Assembly: GCA_000165425.1 (NCBI GenBank)
Contig: CT868163.1
Coordinates: forward strand, 372,001 to 436,000
Direction: 5' to 3'
Source of the DNA: Paramecium tetraurelia
Taxonomy: Eukaryota
Length of the DNA: 64,000 bases
Shown here piece after piece: positions 26,721 through 40,778 of the stretch. Positions within the stretch are counted from its first letter, which is position 1, and every line of letters starts with the position of its first letter. The notes beneath the pieces were generated by a model. That model was not told where the DNA came from and ran no database searches. It was given only the letters and a program-made list of their open reading frames with translations. Position numbers and translations under genes: made by a program.

Positions 26721-27664
26721 ATGTATTCTAAATAAACAACAATCTCAAAGTCGCAGAACTTAAAATCTAAGCTTTCTATTAAGGACACAATGTCGAATTC
26801 TCACTAAATTCATAGTCAACCCCAATCTTCTAAGGGCAAGGACCATCCAAAACAAGAAGTATATTTGTTTTAATTTAGAATAAATAAGATTGTAATCAGA
26901 TGAAGAAGAAACTTTGCAACATTTTGGGGAAGAATAGTGAATCACATAAGATATTTAAAGTTTCGCCAACCAACTCGCTTAAGCAATAATATTTCGTCTC
27001 TGCTTCTTTGTAGCAAAAATCGAAGGGTTCTGTGTTAAAATACAATCATACAACTGATAATAATGATTCTCTCAAAACTCTCAAGTGCAACGCTTTGAAG
27101 TTACTCAAACCCAATAAACATAAAGACATTAACAAATATCACGAATTCTTATCGAATAACAATTTTGATATGCAAAAGCAATTTGGTAACTTTGTTCGAT
27201 CTATTGATGAAATTTAAGCTGAGTAATTACCCATTTAAAATACTGAAAGAAGCAGTTTAATTGCACTTTTTGAAAAACTCAATGAAAAAGATTAAAAGTA
27301 AATTAAGCCAAAAAGATAAACTCTTCAACACTCAGAATCTTATTCATAAAAGCAATCTATTGAAGGCGAATTCATTGATTTAAGATTGAAGCAAAGAAAC
27401 AAGTGCAATTTCTCTAATAATTCATCAGGACAATTAGTGAATCCAAATTCAACAACAACATAAATACATTAGAATCCAATAACATCAATTGAACAGAAAA
27501 TTAAAATCGATGAAAACTTATAAACAATTGTCGATAAAACTAAATAGATTTTATTAAAATATCAAGCAAAATTGAAATAAAATGACATTGAAAAGGATGT
27601 ATTAATATAAGAAATATAATATTGGAAATCTAAATACTTAAAATGTAAACAACAATAATTTTGA
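26721..27664 (+). CDS. Hypothetical protein with coiled-coil C-terminus
   Basis: In frame after removing the 20-nt intron gtatatttgttttaatttag; ends WKSKYLKCKQQQF*. Confidence 0.6.
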
Positions 27665-27717
27665 TTTTTTATTTATATATTCAAATTTTGTAATATTATA
27701 TAATAACTTTTACTCAA

Positions 27718-28123
27718 ATGAATAATTACAACTCTGAAGACAAGAATCATGAACAACAGGAAGATGCTATGTCAGAAGAAGAAAGATAATTTGCTGAAGA
27801 ATTAGATTAGAAAATTTAGAATGCATAACAAAAATTGGATTAGTTAGGATTAATATAGAGCAGATTAAGTTGGTTGTAAGATACAATAAAGCAGAGACAA
27901 GAAGAGAATCCATTGACAGATGAGGAAAAGAAAGAGAAATTTTAATAATTGGCAGATAAAGCAATCGATATACCTAGAATGTTGATATAATTTTAGTGAT
28001 ATCAAATTATTATTCTTATTAAACAAATGATAGGAAGAAACTAGCAAGAGAATTAAGATCGCAATTATTGAATAAACCAAATAAAAAGGATCAAAATTGA
28101 GTGTTGTGTATAATTTAATTGTG
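27718..28123 (+). CDS. Small acidic coiled-coil hypothetical protein (3' end uncertain)
   Basis: MNNYNSEDKNHEQQEDAMSEEERQFAEELDQKIQ..; in-frame TGA near 27997 unless spliced. Confidence 0.45.
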
Positions 28124-28153
28124 AAATTAAAATATATTTTTTAAAATTCAATA

Positions 28154-30020
28154 ATGGATCAAAAATATCATGTTAATTGTACTTCCTTTCATCTCTTATC
28201 CAAATATTAAATAAGCATCGGAATTTTTGTATCATAGCTCATATCGATCGTGGAAAGTCTACTTTAGCAGATCGATTCCTAGAAATCACAGGGACAATTT
28301 AGCAAAGGGAAACATGAGTAATATTTGGATAAATTGGAAGTTTAAAAAGAAAGAGGAATTACTGTTAAAGCATAATCAGCAGATATGTTTTATAAGGTGG
28401 ATGGAATAGAGGTAATATTAGTGAAGAAAGTATCTGTATAATTTGATTGATACCCCTGGACATGTCGATTTTACATATGAAGTGTCACGTTAAATGGGAG
28501 CTTGTGAAGGCGCAATCATATTGATTGATGCAACTCAAGGAATCTAAGCGTAAATGCTATCTAATTATATTTTGGCTAAGAAGTAGAATTTAAAGATTAT
28601 ACCCGTTATCAATAAATAGATATGATATCTGCAAATACTGAGAGTGTTATAGAATAACTAGTTGAAAAATTCGATATGAATCCAAATGAGATATTTAAGG
28701 TATCTGCTAAGTAAGGAACTGGGGTTACAGAGTTGTTAAATAATATAGTTACATTGATACCTCCTCCTTAGGATCATAAAGAACTGAAATGTTTTTTGAT
28801 TGACAGTTGGTATGTAAGAGACAAAGGAGTTGTGTTGTTGATATTAATGAAAGGAGGGTATTTAAAGAAAGGAGATTAGATATTATCCTGTGCATTCAAA
28901 AAGAAATATGATGTTTTCGAAGTATTCAAGTTTATTAAATTAGGTAGGGCTTTAAAGTCCAGAGAATGTTCCTTAGGAGAGGTTGGAACCGGGTTAGGTA
29001 GGATATGTGATGACGAATGTGAAGGCAGCAAATGAGGCCAGATTAGGAGATACATTTAGACATCCTCTATCTAAGACTTTGCCTGAAGCTGGTTTTGAGG
29101 AGGTAAAACCATTGGTCTATTGTGGAATTTATCCTGAAGACCCAGATGACTATGCTGAATTAAATAAATCAATATTCAAATTGGCATTGACTGATCCAGC
29201 TGTGATAATTTAGAAGGAGAGTTCAGCAACATTAGGAAATGAATATCTTTGTGGTTTTCTAGGAGTTTTACATATGGATGTTTTCAGAGAGAGATTGGAG
29301 AATGAGTATAATTTGAGTGTCATCTTGATATCTACAAGTGTACCTTATAAAGCAATATTGAGGGATGGAAAAGAGGTAATGGTTGAGAATGCAATTTTGG
29401 CACCAGATGCAGCTGTCATCAAACATTATGAACAACCTATGGCTATTGCTACTATAATGTGTCCAGAAGAGTATAGTGCCACAATATTTTAATTGTGTGA
29501 TGCTAGGAATGGTAGAATAGTAGATTAAGAGAAGTATGATAAATAAGATAGATACACTTTTAAATTCCCTTTGAATGAAATCATCTAGGATTTGTTTGAT
29601 AAAATAAAGAGTGCAACTAAAGGGTATGGGTCATTGGAATACGAATTCTGCGGATTTGAAAAAGCAAACATTGTTAAATTGTTAATGCATTTATGTATGA
29701 TCCAGTGGATGCATTGTCATTTATGGTACCAGAAGAGAGAGCTCATTAATTGGGAAAGAAGATTTGTTAAAGATTGAAGGACAATATCCCTTAACATTTA
29801 TTTGTTGTATCAATTTAAGCTAAGGTTGGTGGTAAAGTGATAGCAGCAGAGAAGATAGGGAGCACAGGGAAAAACGTTACTGCTAATGTTATGGAGGGGA
29901 TTACACCAGAAAGATGAAGTTATTGGATAGATAGAAAGAGGGCAAGAAGTGGATGAGAGAAGTTGGCAAAGTTACTGTTAGGAAAGATATTTTCATCAGT
30001 GTATTCAAAGATGATTTGAA
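28154..30020 (+). pseudogene. GUF1: Mitochondrial translation factor GUF1/LepA (EF-4), multiply frameshifted
   Basis: [80 protein letters not shown]; at least four 1-nt indels. Confidence 0.8.
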
Positions 30021-30031
30021 TTATTGTTGTA

Positions 30032-30976
30032 TCATATTATCATAACTTTTGTCTGTTGTTCACAACCTATTTTATTAATAACCTCTAGGTATCTGATTTA
30101 CATAGCTGCTTTAGAACTTAGAAGTTCAGCAGCTTCTTTCATCAATTTGGCAGACTAAACATTTGATTCGGCGATTAAAATTTTGGCTTATGCAGCTCTT
30201 GAAATTTAAATCAATGTCCATACCTAAGTTCCGTAGCTGCTTATGCTAATGCAGATTTAATTCTATCATCAATCTAAATATCTTTAATCATCATTAATTC
30301 TATATCTATTCCCCAATCATCTACGTGATCATCAACAAACTGTTAAATATAATCTTAAATTTCAGTTCTTTTCTCTAAAACATCTTGTAAGGTATATGCA
30401 CCAATTACACATTTTATTGATGCCAATGTAATTTAAGAAACAGCCATTTGCATATCATAAATATAGAATATAGCCTTCTTTGGTTCCAACACTCTGTAAT
30501 ATACAGATGCATCAACTTATAAGAGAATATTGTCTTTTGTTATCACCTATTGTTTCTCACAGTCTATCATTTAAGTTCTACAATCAATTTTGATCAATTT
30601 ATCAGTGCATGGATTAAAATACTATAAACCCGGAGGCACTAAGATATATTCTATTCCAATACTTGTTTTCACATACTTTCCAAATCTTAAGTAAACTCCT
30701 ACATACCCTTGTTCTATCTTTTTGTATGGATATTCTACAAAGGGATTGCATGGACAAATGGCTGAACAATTTCCACAACATTCTCCACAATTATAGATAT
30801 AATTTTGATAAGATCCTCCTAAATTCAGGTTTTTTTCATTCTCAACTAACTGTTCCCGAGGATATCTCTACTGATCGCTTTTCTGGTTTGAATAGGGATT
30901 CATTTTCTCTTTTTCGATTGCATCCGGATAAACTGTGGAAGCTTATTATAACTCAATTACTTTTAGCTATTTGCAT
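30032..30976 (-). CDS. Stomatin-like SPFH/band-7 protein
   Basis: PGLQYFNPCTD, QVITKDNILLQVDASVYYRV, KCVIGAYTLQDVLEKRTEI, WGIDIELMMIKDIQI, AKILIAE; several short introns. Confidence 0.88.
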
Positions 30977-31016
30977 TTAGTAATGAATTACTTAATATAT
31001 TACTATTATTAAAATC

Positions 31017-31986
31017 ATGAATTTTGAAGATTATTAGTATCTCTTTAAATTTGTATTGATTGGAGACACAGGTTGCATTCATTAATTATTCTTAGGAGTT
31101 GGCAAATCCTGCTTCTTGTCTTAATATGTGAAAGGCAAATTCATCTAGGAGTATGATCCTACTATCGGATTGGAATTTGAAAGCAAATCTATTGAATTCA
31201 ATGATGGTGTTGTTGTTCAAAATCAATTATGGGATACTGTAACTTTTACTATTTTAATTAGTCTGGAAGCTCTCAATTTATGGCAATATAGAAAACATTT
31301 TGTTAAAAGTAATTAATCTTCTTTATATACTCAATCTAGTGCAGCTGCTGCTATTGTTTTCTACAAAATAAATAGTGAAGCCTCATTTAAATCCCTACAA
31401 AATTGGATAAACATTCTTAAATAAGTCTCCTCTGATAAGATTCAGATCGTTATTGTTGCAACTAATAAAGATTTAGAAGATCAAAGGTACACTATAATTT
31501 CTCAATTTAGACAAGTACAAACATCCTAAGGGAGAGATCTTGCTGATTCTTTAGAGGCAAAATTTTATGAGATTTCCAATCATGACAAAGATTAAATAGA
31601 CGGAATCGTTAATTCTATATCCTACAATGTGCTACGTTTAATCAATTCCAGCAAGATCAACCCATTAAACACGGTATTTCCATTTATCATAATAGCAATA
31701 TGGTGTTAAAATGAGTAGGTAATAAGAACAACAATATGCATCTTAAATAGAAAACACTGATGAGAAAGTCATTTAGCAATCACCTTCTCCAAAAAGGAGA
31801 GGTTCAGATATTAAAACCGAATAAAATATGATCTCCCCCAATAAAATATCAGCCTCTCCTTAAAGATCATAACAAGAATAAGAATAAACTCAATAAAATT
31901 AATAATAAGAAAAACCAAAAATTCAGTTAAGACACATTCTGATACCAATAATCGTTGCTTATGTGCTGTATTTAATATTTTTCTGA
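31017..31986 (+). CDS. Atypical Rab2-like small GTPase with C-terminal hydrophobic tail
   Basis: YLFKFVLIGDTGVGKSCFL, YDPTIGLEF, QLWDTSGSSQF, IVATNKDLE, FYEISN; five introns; ends ILIPIIVAYVLYLIFF*. Confidence 0.85.
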
Positions 31987-32192
31987 ATTATTGTGTATTA
32001 AAATGTATATATATAATAATAGCAATTTAATCATTATTTGAATAAGCATTCATTTCTTATATTATAGTTCGAATATTAATCATATAATGAGTGAATTTAC
32101 AGAATTATGCTCTAATTTTGTAGTATAGTTACAATTTACTCTTATTTATGAATAGAAATTAATATGACAAATTAATTATTATAATTATTGTA

Positions 32193-33505
32193 ATGTGTCT
32201 TACTGTTGCATGTGAGGCTGTGTGTTGTGCAGGAACACAAATTTGTAATCTTGCTTGTTGTTGCTGTAAGTACTTTGCTGAAACAACCTTAAAAGAGCAA
32301 ATAAAATTAGCTTACATACTCTTAAACTATTTAATCATGGCATTTACTGTGATTGCATTGTACTACATTTAAGATTTTTATATCAATTATCTACATTATT
32401 TTGGATGTCCAGAAGGAATTTCGAATTTATGTTTGGGAATATCAGGCATCTATAGGATGAGTTTTGTTCTTACAATATTTTATATCATAATACTATTGTT
32501 TATGTGTTAAAAAGGATGGTTGGCTAAGATGATAAACGATGGATTATGGTTGCTCAAATTCATGTAAACATGATTTATATGATAAATAGATTCATAACAG
32601 TGTTTTTTTATGGAACACTCTATATGCCAAACCGATTTTTTGAAGTCTTTGTAGACATAAGTATCGTTGCTTCAGGGATATATCAGCTATTTTAAATAAT
32701 TATCTACATTGATATTTTCTACTTGTGGGCTGAGAAGTGGGCAAGAATGTATGATGACGGAATTGAAGGAATGGGATCAGCTTTGGTAGCTGCAGCTTCA
32801 TTAACATTTACATTAGCTTTAATCCTAAATATCTACAATTTTATTTGGTTCGATCATAATTACATCATCAACCTTATTAATATTGCAATAATAATCTTAT
32901 TAACAGTAGTTTAATTATTTGGATTCAATCCTAACGGATCTCTACTCGCAACAGGGTGTATCTCTTGTTATATAACATACTAGACTTTTAGTGCATTATC
33001 CAGTTATCCAAATGCAGATATCAATATATTTTATGATTCTGAAAAGAACATGAAAGTCTAGATGTTCGTTAATGGAATCTTAAACTTTGTTGCATTGATT
33101 TACATCATATTTGCTACATAAGAACAAAGCAAATAGGCATTAGCAATCTTAGATAAATCAAATGAAAAGAAGAGATCAAATCAAAATTCAAATCAATAGA
33201 TTGAAATCGAAATGACTTCTACTCAATAAATGAATGAAGCTAAGGCTTTAATTGAATAAATTGAATTACAACCTTACTCGACCAATCAATATATTGTATT
33301 CCATATTGTCATGACCTTTTGTTCAATGTATATGGCTATGATGATTACGAATTGGGGTAGTCCGAGCATCAGAGTTGGCACTTTTGAATTGTATATGCCT
33401 AGTCAACTCAGTTATAATGTGAAAATAGGATCAAGTTGGATTTGCTCTGGACTTTACTTTTGGACTTTGATTGCTCCAAGAGTTCTGCCAGATAGATTTA
33501 ATTGA
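32193..33505 (+). CDS. Serinc (serine incorporator/TMS) family membrane protein
   Basis: Cys-rich N-terminus, CLGISGIYRMSF, NDGLWLLKF, NPNGSLL, FHIVMTFCSMYMAMMITNW, VKIGSSWIC..YFWTLIAPRVLPDRF. Confidence 0.92.
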
Positions 33506-33656
33506 TTTATTATAATAGAGGGATTGCAAAGTACTAAATTAATAAAATATTTATAATAAATATTAATATCCGACTTTGTTTTTATTTGTTTTTATTTGAA
33601 TATATGAAATAGGTTGTATATACAAATAAACTCAAAATTTGTCCATCTTTCTATCA

Positions 33657-34154
33657 TCATAGCTATTTGAATGTGGTAAATGAATTCGATCTTTTTCGAT
33701 GACCTTCCTTTTCTTATTTAGTTTATTTGGATTGTTTCAATTACCATACAAATTAATTAGGAGTGCAACTTAATGTACTTTTTTAACATTCAATTTCAGA
33801 TATAGAATAACATGAATCATCCTCATCCTCCATAAATTACTCATTGTTTCTTGGATTTATGTAATTTTCTAAAATAAATTACTCCAACTATCCTTTCTCG
33901 TAAGATTTAAATAATTGCCCTAAATCTTTCGAATCATGAGAAACAACAAAATTCTTCAATTCACTTCTTTCCTCAGCCGTAATCAATTTCTACTGGTACA
34001 TACTTTAAATTGTACGAAGTAATGAGGAATAAAATGGAACTAGCTCTATATTTGAAGACATATTTAAACGAATTATATTAAAATATTGTTTTAGTTTTTA
34101 ACTAAAAATATCTACACTATCATCCATCCTCATTCTCTCCGATCGTACATTCAT
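33657..34154 (-). CDS. Hypothetical protein (~165 aa)
   Basis: Open frame ..FYSSLLRTIQSMYQQKLITAEERSELKNF..RKRSNSFTTFKQL*. Confidence 0.6.
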
Positions 34155-34197
34155 TAATAGATATTACATAAAATATAAATTTATAATCATTAACATT

Positions 34198-34417
34198 TCA
34201 AAATTAATGAGGTTCACCTTAAGTTGGTAATAAACCAAATCTCTTCTTTAATTCAACACGATATTTCTAATTAACATCATCGGGACTAAATCTCGCTATT
34301 CAATTAATTCTAATCTATACCAGGATGAGCATTAAATGTATATGAACCATCATCAAGTGTGTTTTTTAAAGTGTAAACTCTTTTTCCTTCCTCATTCAAA
34401 TAATACCTCAAATGCAT
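34198..34417 (-). CDS. NOP10: H/ACA snoRNP protein Nop10
   Basis: [48 protein letters not shown]; one 25-nt intron. Confidence 0.95.
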
Positions 34418-34998
34418 TTTTATTTTAATATTTAATTTATATTGATCTCTATTCAGATTGAAGAATAAACAAAAACAACATCATCTCTAACTCAAAATTT
34501 CACTCAATTCTAACCTCTATCCATTCCTTTTTTCTATTAAAACTCATACATCAATTCAGAGAATGCTTTATTATTGAAATAACATATATATTTTATCACT
34601 ATTCTATTCATTGTCCAAATTGATATAACACATAAAGATAAGAATGCAAATTATTGCATTCAAATTCCTCTATCTTTTATAAAATTAAAGGATATATATT
34701 GATTATTCAATGTATTATCTCAATCTAAAGTTTATATATTTTGTAGATATTTATTACGTAAAGATTGAATTATTATACCTATTTCTAGCCATATTACTTA
34801 ATTAGAAATTATACACTTGTTTTTAATGTACTTTTTTCAAAGCTATATTCAGAAGATGATCCATTTGATTTTATGATCTTAGCGCAATACTATCAATTTG
34901 GTATATGCATTAAGGTTTCAATTTCCTAATACATGTGATCATGTGATCATGACCTGTAAAACAAAACATGCGTAGATATTTATATAATATAATATGAA

Positions 34999-35278
34999 TC
35001 ATTGTCCTTCAGGGGCAGTTTCTGCTCCTCCTGATCTAAGTTTGCTGAATATGTGTAAGAGCACAACGATTCCCAAATATACAAGACTAATTATAAGTAC
35101 GGTGTTTGGTTGAACTTTTAGGGATGAGACATCTCCAGAATAGAAATTTAATCCTGATTGTCCTCCATTTTCTGTTGCTTTTGATGCTAAATCATGTAAA
35201 CACAAATATCTTACGACTCTTGCCTCCACCTTGTCTTCTCTTTATTGCATCCTTGGCGAGTTAAGCTTTTTCAGACAT
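34999..35278 (-). CDS. SEC61B: Protein translocon subunit Sec61 beta
   Basis: GLNFYSGDVSSLKVQPNTVLIISLVYLGIVVLLHIFSK; one 28-nt intron. Confidence 0.92.
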
Positions 35279-35379
35279 TTATTAAATTAATTAATATCAA
35301 TAATGTGCACGTTGTTTAATTAATAGTTGCATTAAAATCATCAAATAATTCATATTTCATATTATAAGAAATATTATTC

Positions 35380-36561
35380 AAAATTATATGAATTCAAGCA
35401 TTAATTACAACTGAATTCTATTTCTTACCCCGATGCTTAATAAAAGAGACAATTCCTTGTTATATCATTTTTATTTCAAAATTCATATGAAGTGGATTCT
35501 TATCGGATATATTGGAAGTTAAATATGAATTTACTAGAGATTGAATAACAAGTAACATATCTTTTAATCTAAAGTTTAATCTGCTATTTCTACCATAGAA
35601 GTAATAGGATTAGAATTAATTAAAGTGAAGATTGCTAAATAAAACAATGAGTTAAGAGATCAAACATTCTTTATTGCTACTTAATATGATAGTCTTCCTA
35701 ATCTTCATATATGTTCATATTATTTAATATTCCGTAATAGACAACAACATTATAAATTTTATGTCATAGAATACTTATCAAAATTGAAATATTAATCCAA
35801 TATTAATAATAGTTATAGATCAATATTTAAGACAATTTTGTATATGGTATTAACTCAAAGAGATATTAGTATGATAACTTTGATGGATCTTACTTAAGCA
35901 CCTATGAATTTGATTAGAAAGGGATTTGATTTAAAATTGATAATGTATAAAATGGACTGCTAATAAAATTACTTTATCTCTTTTATTATTAATTTCTTAA
36001 CATTATTTTATGTTAATATCGATTAAACCGACATATTACGTATTATGCAGTAATTTAAATCCAAAAAATGAAGCTAATAAATATAATTTAGAATAACTAA
36101 CTATGAATCTAGATCAATATTAATCTACAGAAGAGAATTGGTCTCAATAATCTTGGAATGAAAATGAGTTATTTGATATTTCATCTTCTCCAATACAGTT
36201 TGGTCGTTAAACCCTCAAGATTAAATATGATAATAACTTAAACTATTTAGATTTTCGTAGTTAGATCTAATAGGTTGAATAACTTTCAGAAGATCAGGAT
36301 TGTAATCTAATTTCTATCGATTCTGTAATTCCTTAAACAATAAATAAGATCAAAAAGAATAAGAAAATTAAAAACAAAACAATTACAAATTTATATAAAG
36401 AAATATTTTAAAGAATTATTGACAACACGAAGTCTAAATAAGAAGCCCTTCAAAAATTATAGTAGTGTTAGAATATGAAAGTCATGATAGATGAATTGGA
36501 AAGTTCTTTGATGAAAATTAAGCATGTTCTTCTTCTGACAACTAAAACTAATGAATGCTGA
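35380..36561 (+). CDS. Hypothetical protein (start uncertain)
   Basis: Coding-like frames with short GT..AG introns, ending HVLLLTTKTNEC*. Confidence 0.45.
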
Positions 36562-36992
36562 CTGATATTTGTGTTTTCAATTCTAGAATAATTAATTTAA
36601 TATTTAATTAGCTATCTATTCTCTATTTAGAAGGATTAAATTCTACTTGAATATTCAAGTATTAAGATTTTTACATAGTATTTTAATTTTTTTCAGAAGC
36701 ATTTTCTAAATTTCTGATTTAAAAAAGAGAATTAAATTACAATATATATCACTTTAACCTAATAAAATAAGGTTTAGAACTGGAAACTGTTAGTCATTCG
36801 ATAGTTGGATATTCATATATGGATGTAAATTAATGATAATATTTATCAAATGATTAAATTTTGCTTTTAACAACATAAAGTAAAATGAAGTAACTTGTTT
36901 ATAGGAGTTAAATTAGTATATATCTTTGCTTTTGGATAATTTAATCATTATAAAATATTAAAAAGAAAATACATACAAGTAAGATAATATAA

Positions 36993-37950
36993 TCATTAAT
37001 TAAAAGTGTTCAGAAACCAACCATCCGGGATTATTTATAAATTAGATTCATCAGAACAACTTATTAATTTACCATTTTGCCATTCTCCAAATTTCTTCTT
37101 TCCCTCTTTATTTATCATAAGTCCTTTTCCATGTTATTTTCCATCCAGCCAATATCCTTAGTATTATTTTCCATCAGGCCAATTAAAGATACCGAATCCA
37201 GACTTTTTATCAGCTTCGTATTCCCCATCATAGTATTTACCGTCAATCCACCTATAGAATCCTCTGCCGTGCATTTAATTTCTAGCCCATTAACCGTAAT
37301 AAGACTATGTTCTGAATAATTAATAAATTACCCTACCGTCTGGCCATTCGTATTTGCCAATTCCATTAATCATATTATCCATCCATTCTCCATTATATGT
37401 ACTTTGCTAACTCCACTTATAGATTCCCTTTCCATTCTTTTTTCCATTTTAGAACTCTCCCTCATAAACAGAACCATCTGGCCATACTTCTTTACCAATT
37501 CCATTTGATTTTCCTTGCTTGAATTATCCAGTATAGACAGGTCCTCTTGCATATATACATTTTCCATCTCCTTCTAAATAATTGTTAACGAAACTGCCCT
37601 CATAGATATCGCCATTCGGCATAACTAATCTGCCAAATCCATTTGCTTTATTGTTGAAAATCGTTCCAGTATATATCCCACCACCTTCGAATTTAAGTTG
37701 ATTCTAATAACTTTCAACTTACTCCTGTTTTGATTCTTGGGAAATGTATTACTCTTTAAAAAAGGTGGAAGAGTTGGATTTGCTATCCATTGAAGGTGGT
37801 TTTTCTAATTAAAAAGTAATGATTACAAGGCTGTTTTTCATCTTCCTCTTCATATTCTGGATCAGAATCAGAACTAATTTCTTCTTTTTTATTGATTTCA
37901 CTCTGAACTCCCTCTGATCTCATTTAGCATTTCTAACATTCTTGTCCCAT
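36993..37950 (-). CDS. MORN-repeat protein with N-terminal Gly/Cys acylation-like motif
   Basis: MGQECQKC..; repeats YTGTIFNNKANGFGRLVMPNGDIYEGSF, YTGQFKQGKSNGIGKEVWPDGSVYEGEF. Confidence 0.88.
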
Positions 37951-38003
37951 TGTAATATCGATAAAAAACCTCTTTGATGATATATTATAAATATAATAAT
38001 TAA

Positions 38004-39115
<1,112 letters not shown>

Positions 39116-39193
39116 ACATCTTTTCTATTTATTTTCGTTATTCTACATTCATTTTTTATTTTATTCACCTCTTTAATTATATTATTAACTGAC

Positions 39194-40778
39194 ATGAGTG
39201 AATCCTAGCTAATTGAAAAGCTTCAAAAATATGGTAATAAGAAAGGAATGTATGAGAATGATCTGTTAAATTCCTCCCAAGAATGCAGCTATAAGATTAG
39301 CACAAGTCCTAGATTTCATAAATATCATCATCAATCACCTGTCATTTATCAATCTCCTGCTAATGTTTCATCATCCCTAGAACATTATCCCTTTGATAAA
39401 GAGGATGTATAAATCAAAGACCCTCAAGGTGAAATACGCTTCTTGCTTAACATCATAGATTAATTGTAATATGATTTATAGATATAATACAATGACAGTG
39501 AGATGATTAAAAAGAAGTATTAAGAATTACAATATTAAGTGCAGAAGATGCAAAGCAATGTTTTCAAAGAGTAAGAATAATATGAAACTAAACAATTCTG
39601 TGATTAATTAGAGAAACAAAACAAATAATTAAATAATGAGAATAACACACTCAAAAAAAATTACTAAGAAGTTTAATAAAAATATCTAGATTGCTAAAAG
39701 GAATTAGATAACTTAAAACTGAATGCTTCTGAACTATTAATTTAAAATGAAGGATTATATTCTCTATTAAACTCTTTAAAAGATAAACATCAATTCGATA
39801 TTGACAGTCAAGCAAAACATTTTGAACTTATTAATCAAAAAAAAATTGATGATGAAGTCAATGTCATTCAGAGATAATACAGAAGAGAAATTGAAACTTA
39901 GAATTCTATCTCAGATTCTTACAAAAAAAAAATAGAAGACTTAACAAATGAATGTGAGATTAAATCAAAGAAGCTAAGCTAATAACAAGAGATTAACTTA
40001 AAATAAGAATTAGAAATTGAAATATTAAATGGAAAACTAATAAGATATCAAAAGTTAGAATAAGAGTTAGTTGATATCGATACTCTATATTAATAAAAAA
40101 ATAGATTNNNNNNNNNNNNNNNNNNNNNNNNNNNNNNNNNNNNNNNNNNNNNNNNNNNNNNNNNNNNNNNNNNNNNNNNNNNNNNNNNNNNNNNNNNNNN
40201 NNNNNNNNNNNNNNNNNNNNNNNNNNNNNNNNNNNNNNNNNNNNNNNNNNNNNNNNNNNNNNNNNNNNNNNNNNNNNNNNNNNNNNNNNNNNNNNNNNNN
40301 NNNNNNNNNNNNNNNNNNNNNNNNNNNNNNNNNNNCGTTTAAATTATAATAAAATATCTTGGACAAAGAAAGGAATGACTATATTGATAGGATTAAATAA
40401 TTATAAAAATAGTTAGATGAATTATCAAATGTTAATAATGAATTCAAAAAAAAGGAGTTGGAACAATAAAGATTGCTAAATAAATTATCAGAATATGGGG
40501 ATGAAAACATGAGATTATTGGAATAAAACACTTTTATCTTGGATAAGACCAATGACACAGAAACATTAAGAGTTAATTATAAGAACTTAGTTAAAAAATA
40601 TTATTATTTAAAGAGTGAAAATGATGGATTAGTATAATCAATAAATTAGCATATAACTAATAGTGCTATTTTATAAAGATAACTATCAAATGCAATTATT
40701 GAGAAAAATGAAGTCATTACAAATCTTCATTATACTTAATAATAATTACTTAACTTGTAATATTCAATAAGTCGTTGA
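39194..40778 (+). CDS. Long coiled-coil hypothetical protein (spans N gap)
   Basis: MSESQLIEKLQKYG..; heptad-rich Q/E/K/L sequence on both sides of the gap. Confidence 0.65.

Noticed and set aside
28610..28625. AAA-TAG at a GUF1 frame break, like Euplotes programmed +1 frameshifting
   Set aside because: TAG is Gln here, the needed shift is -1/+2, the other breaks lack the motif, and conserved residues are also mutated
34850..34975. Possible C/D snoRNA or hairpin (catgtgatcatgtgatcatg) between NOP10 and SEC61B
   Set aside because: Only imperfect box motifs and no recognisable guide sequence; cannot be supported without a covariance-model search
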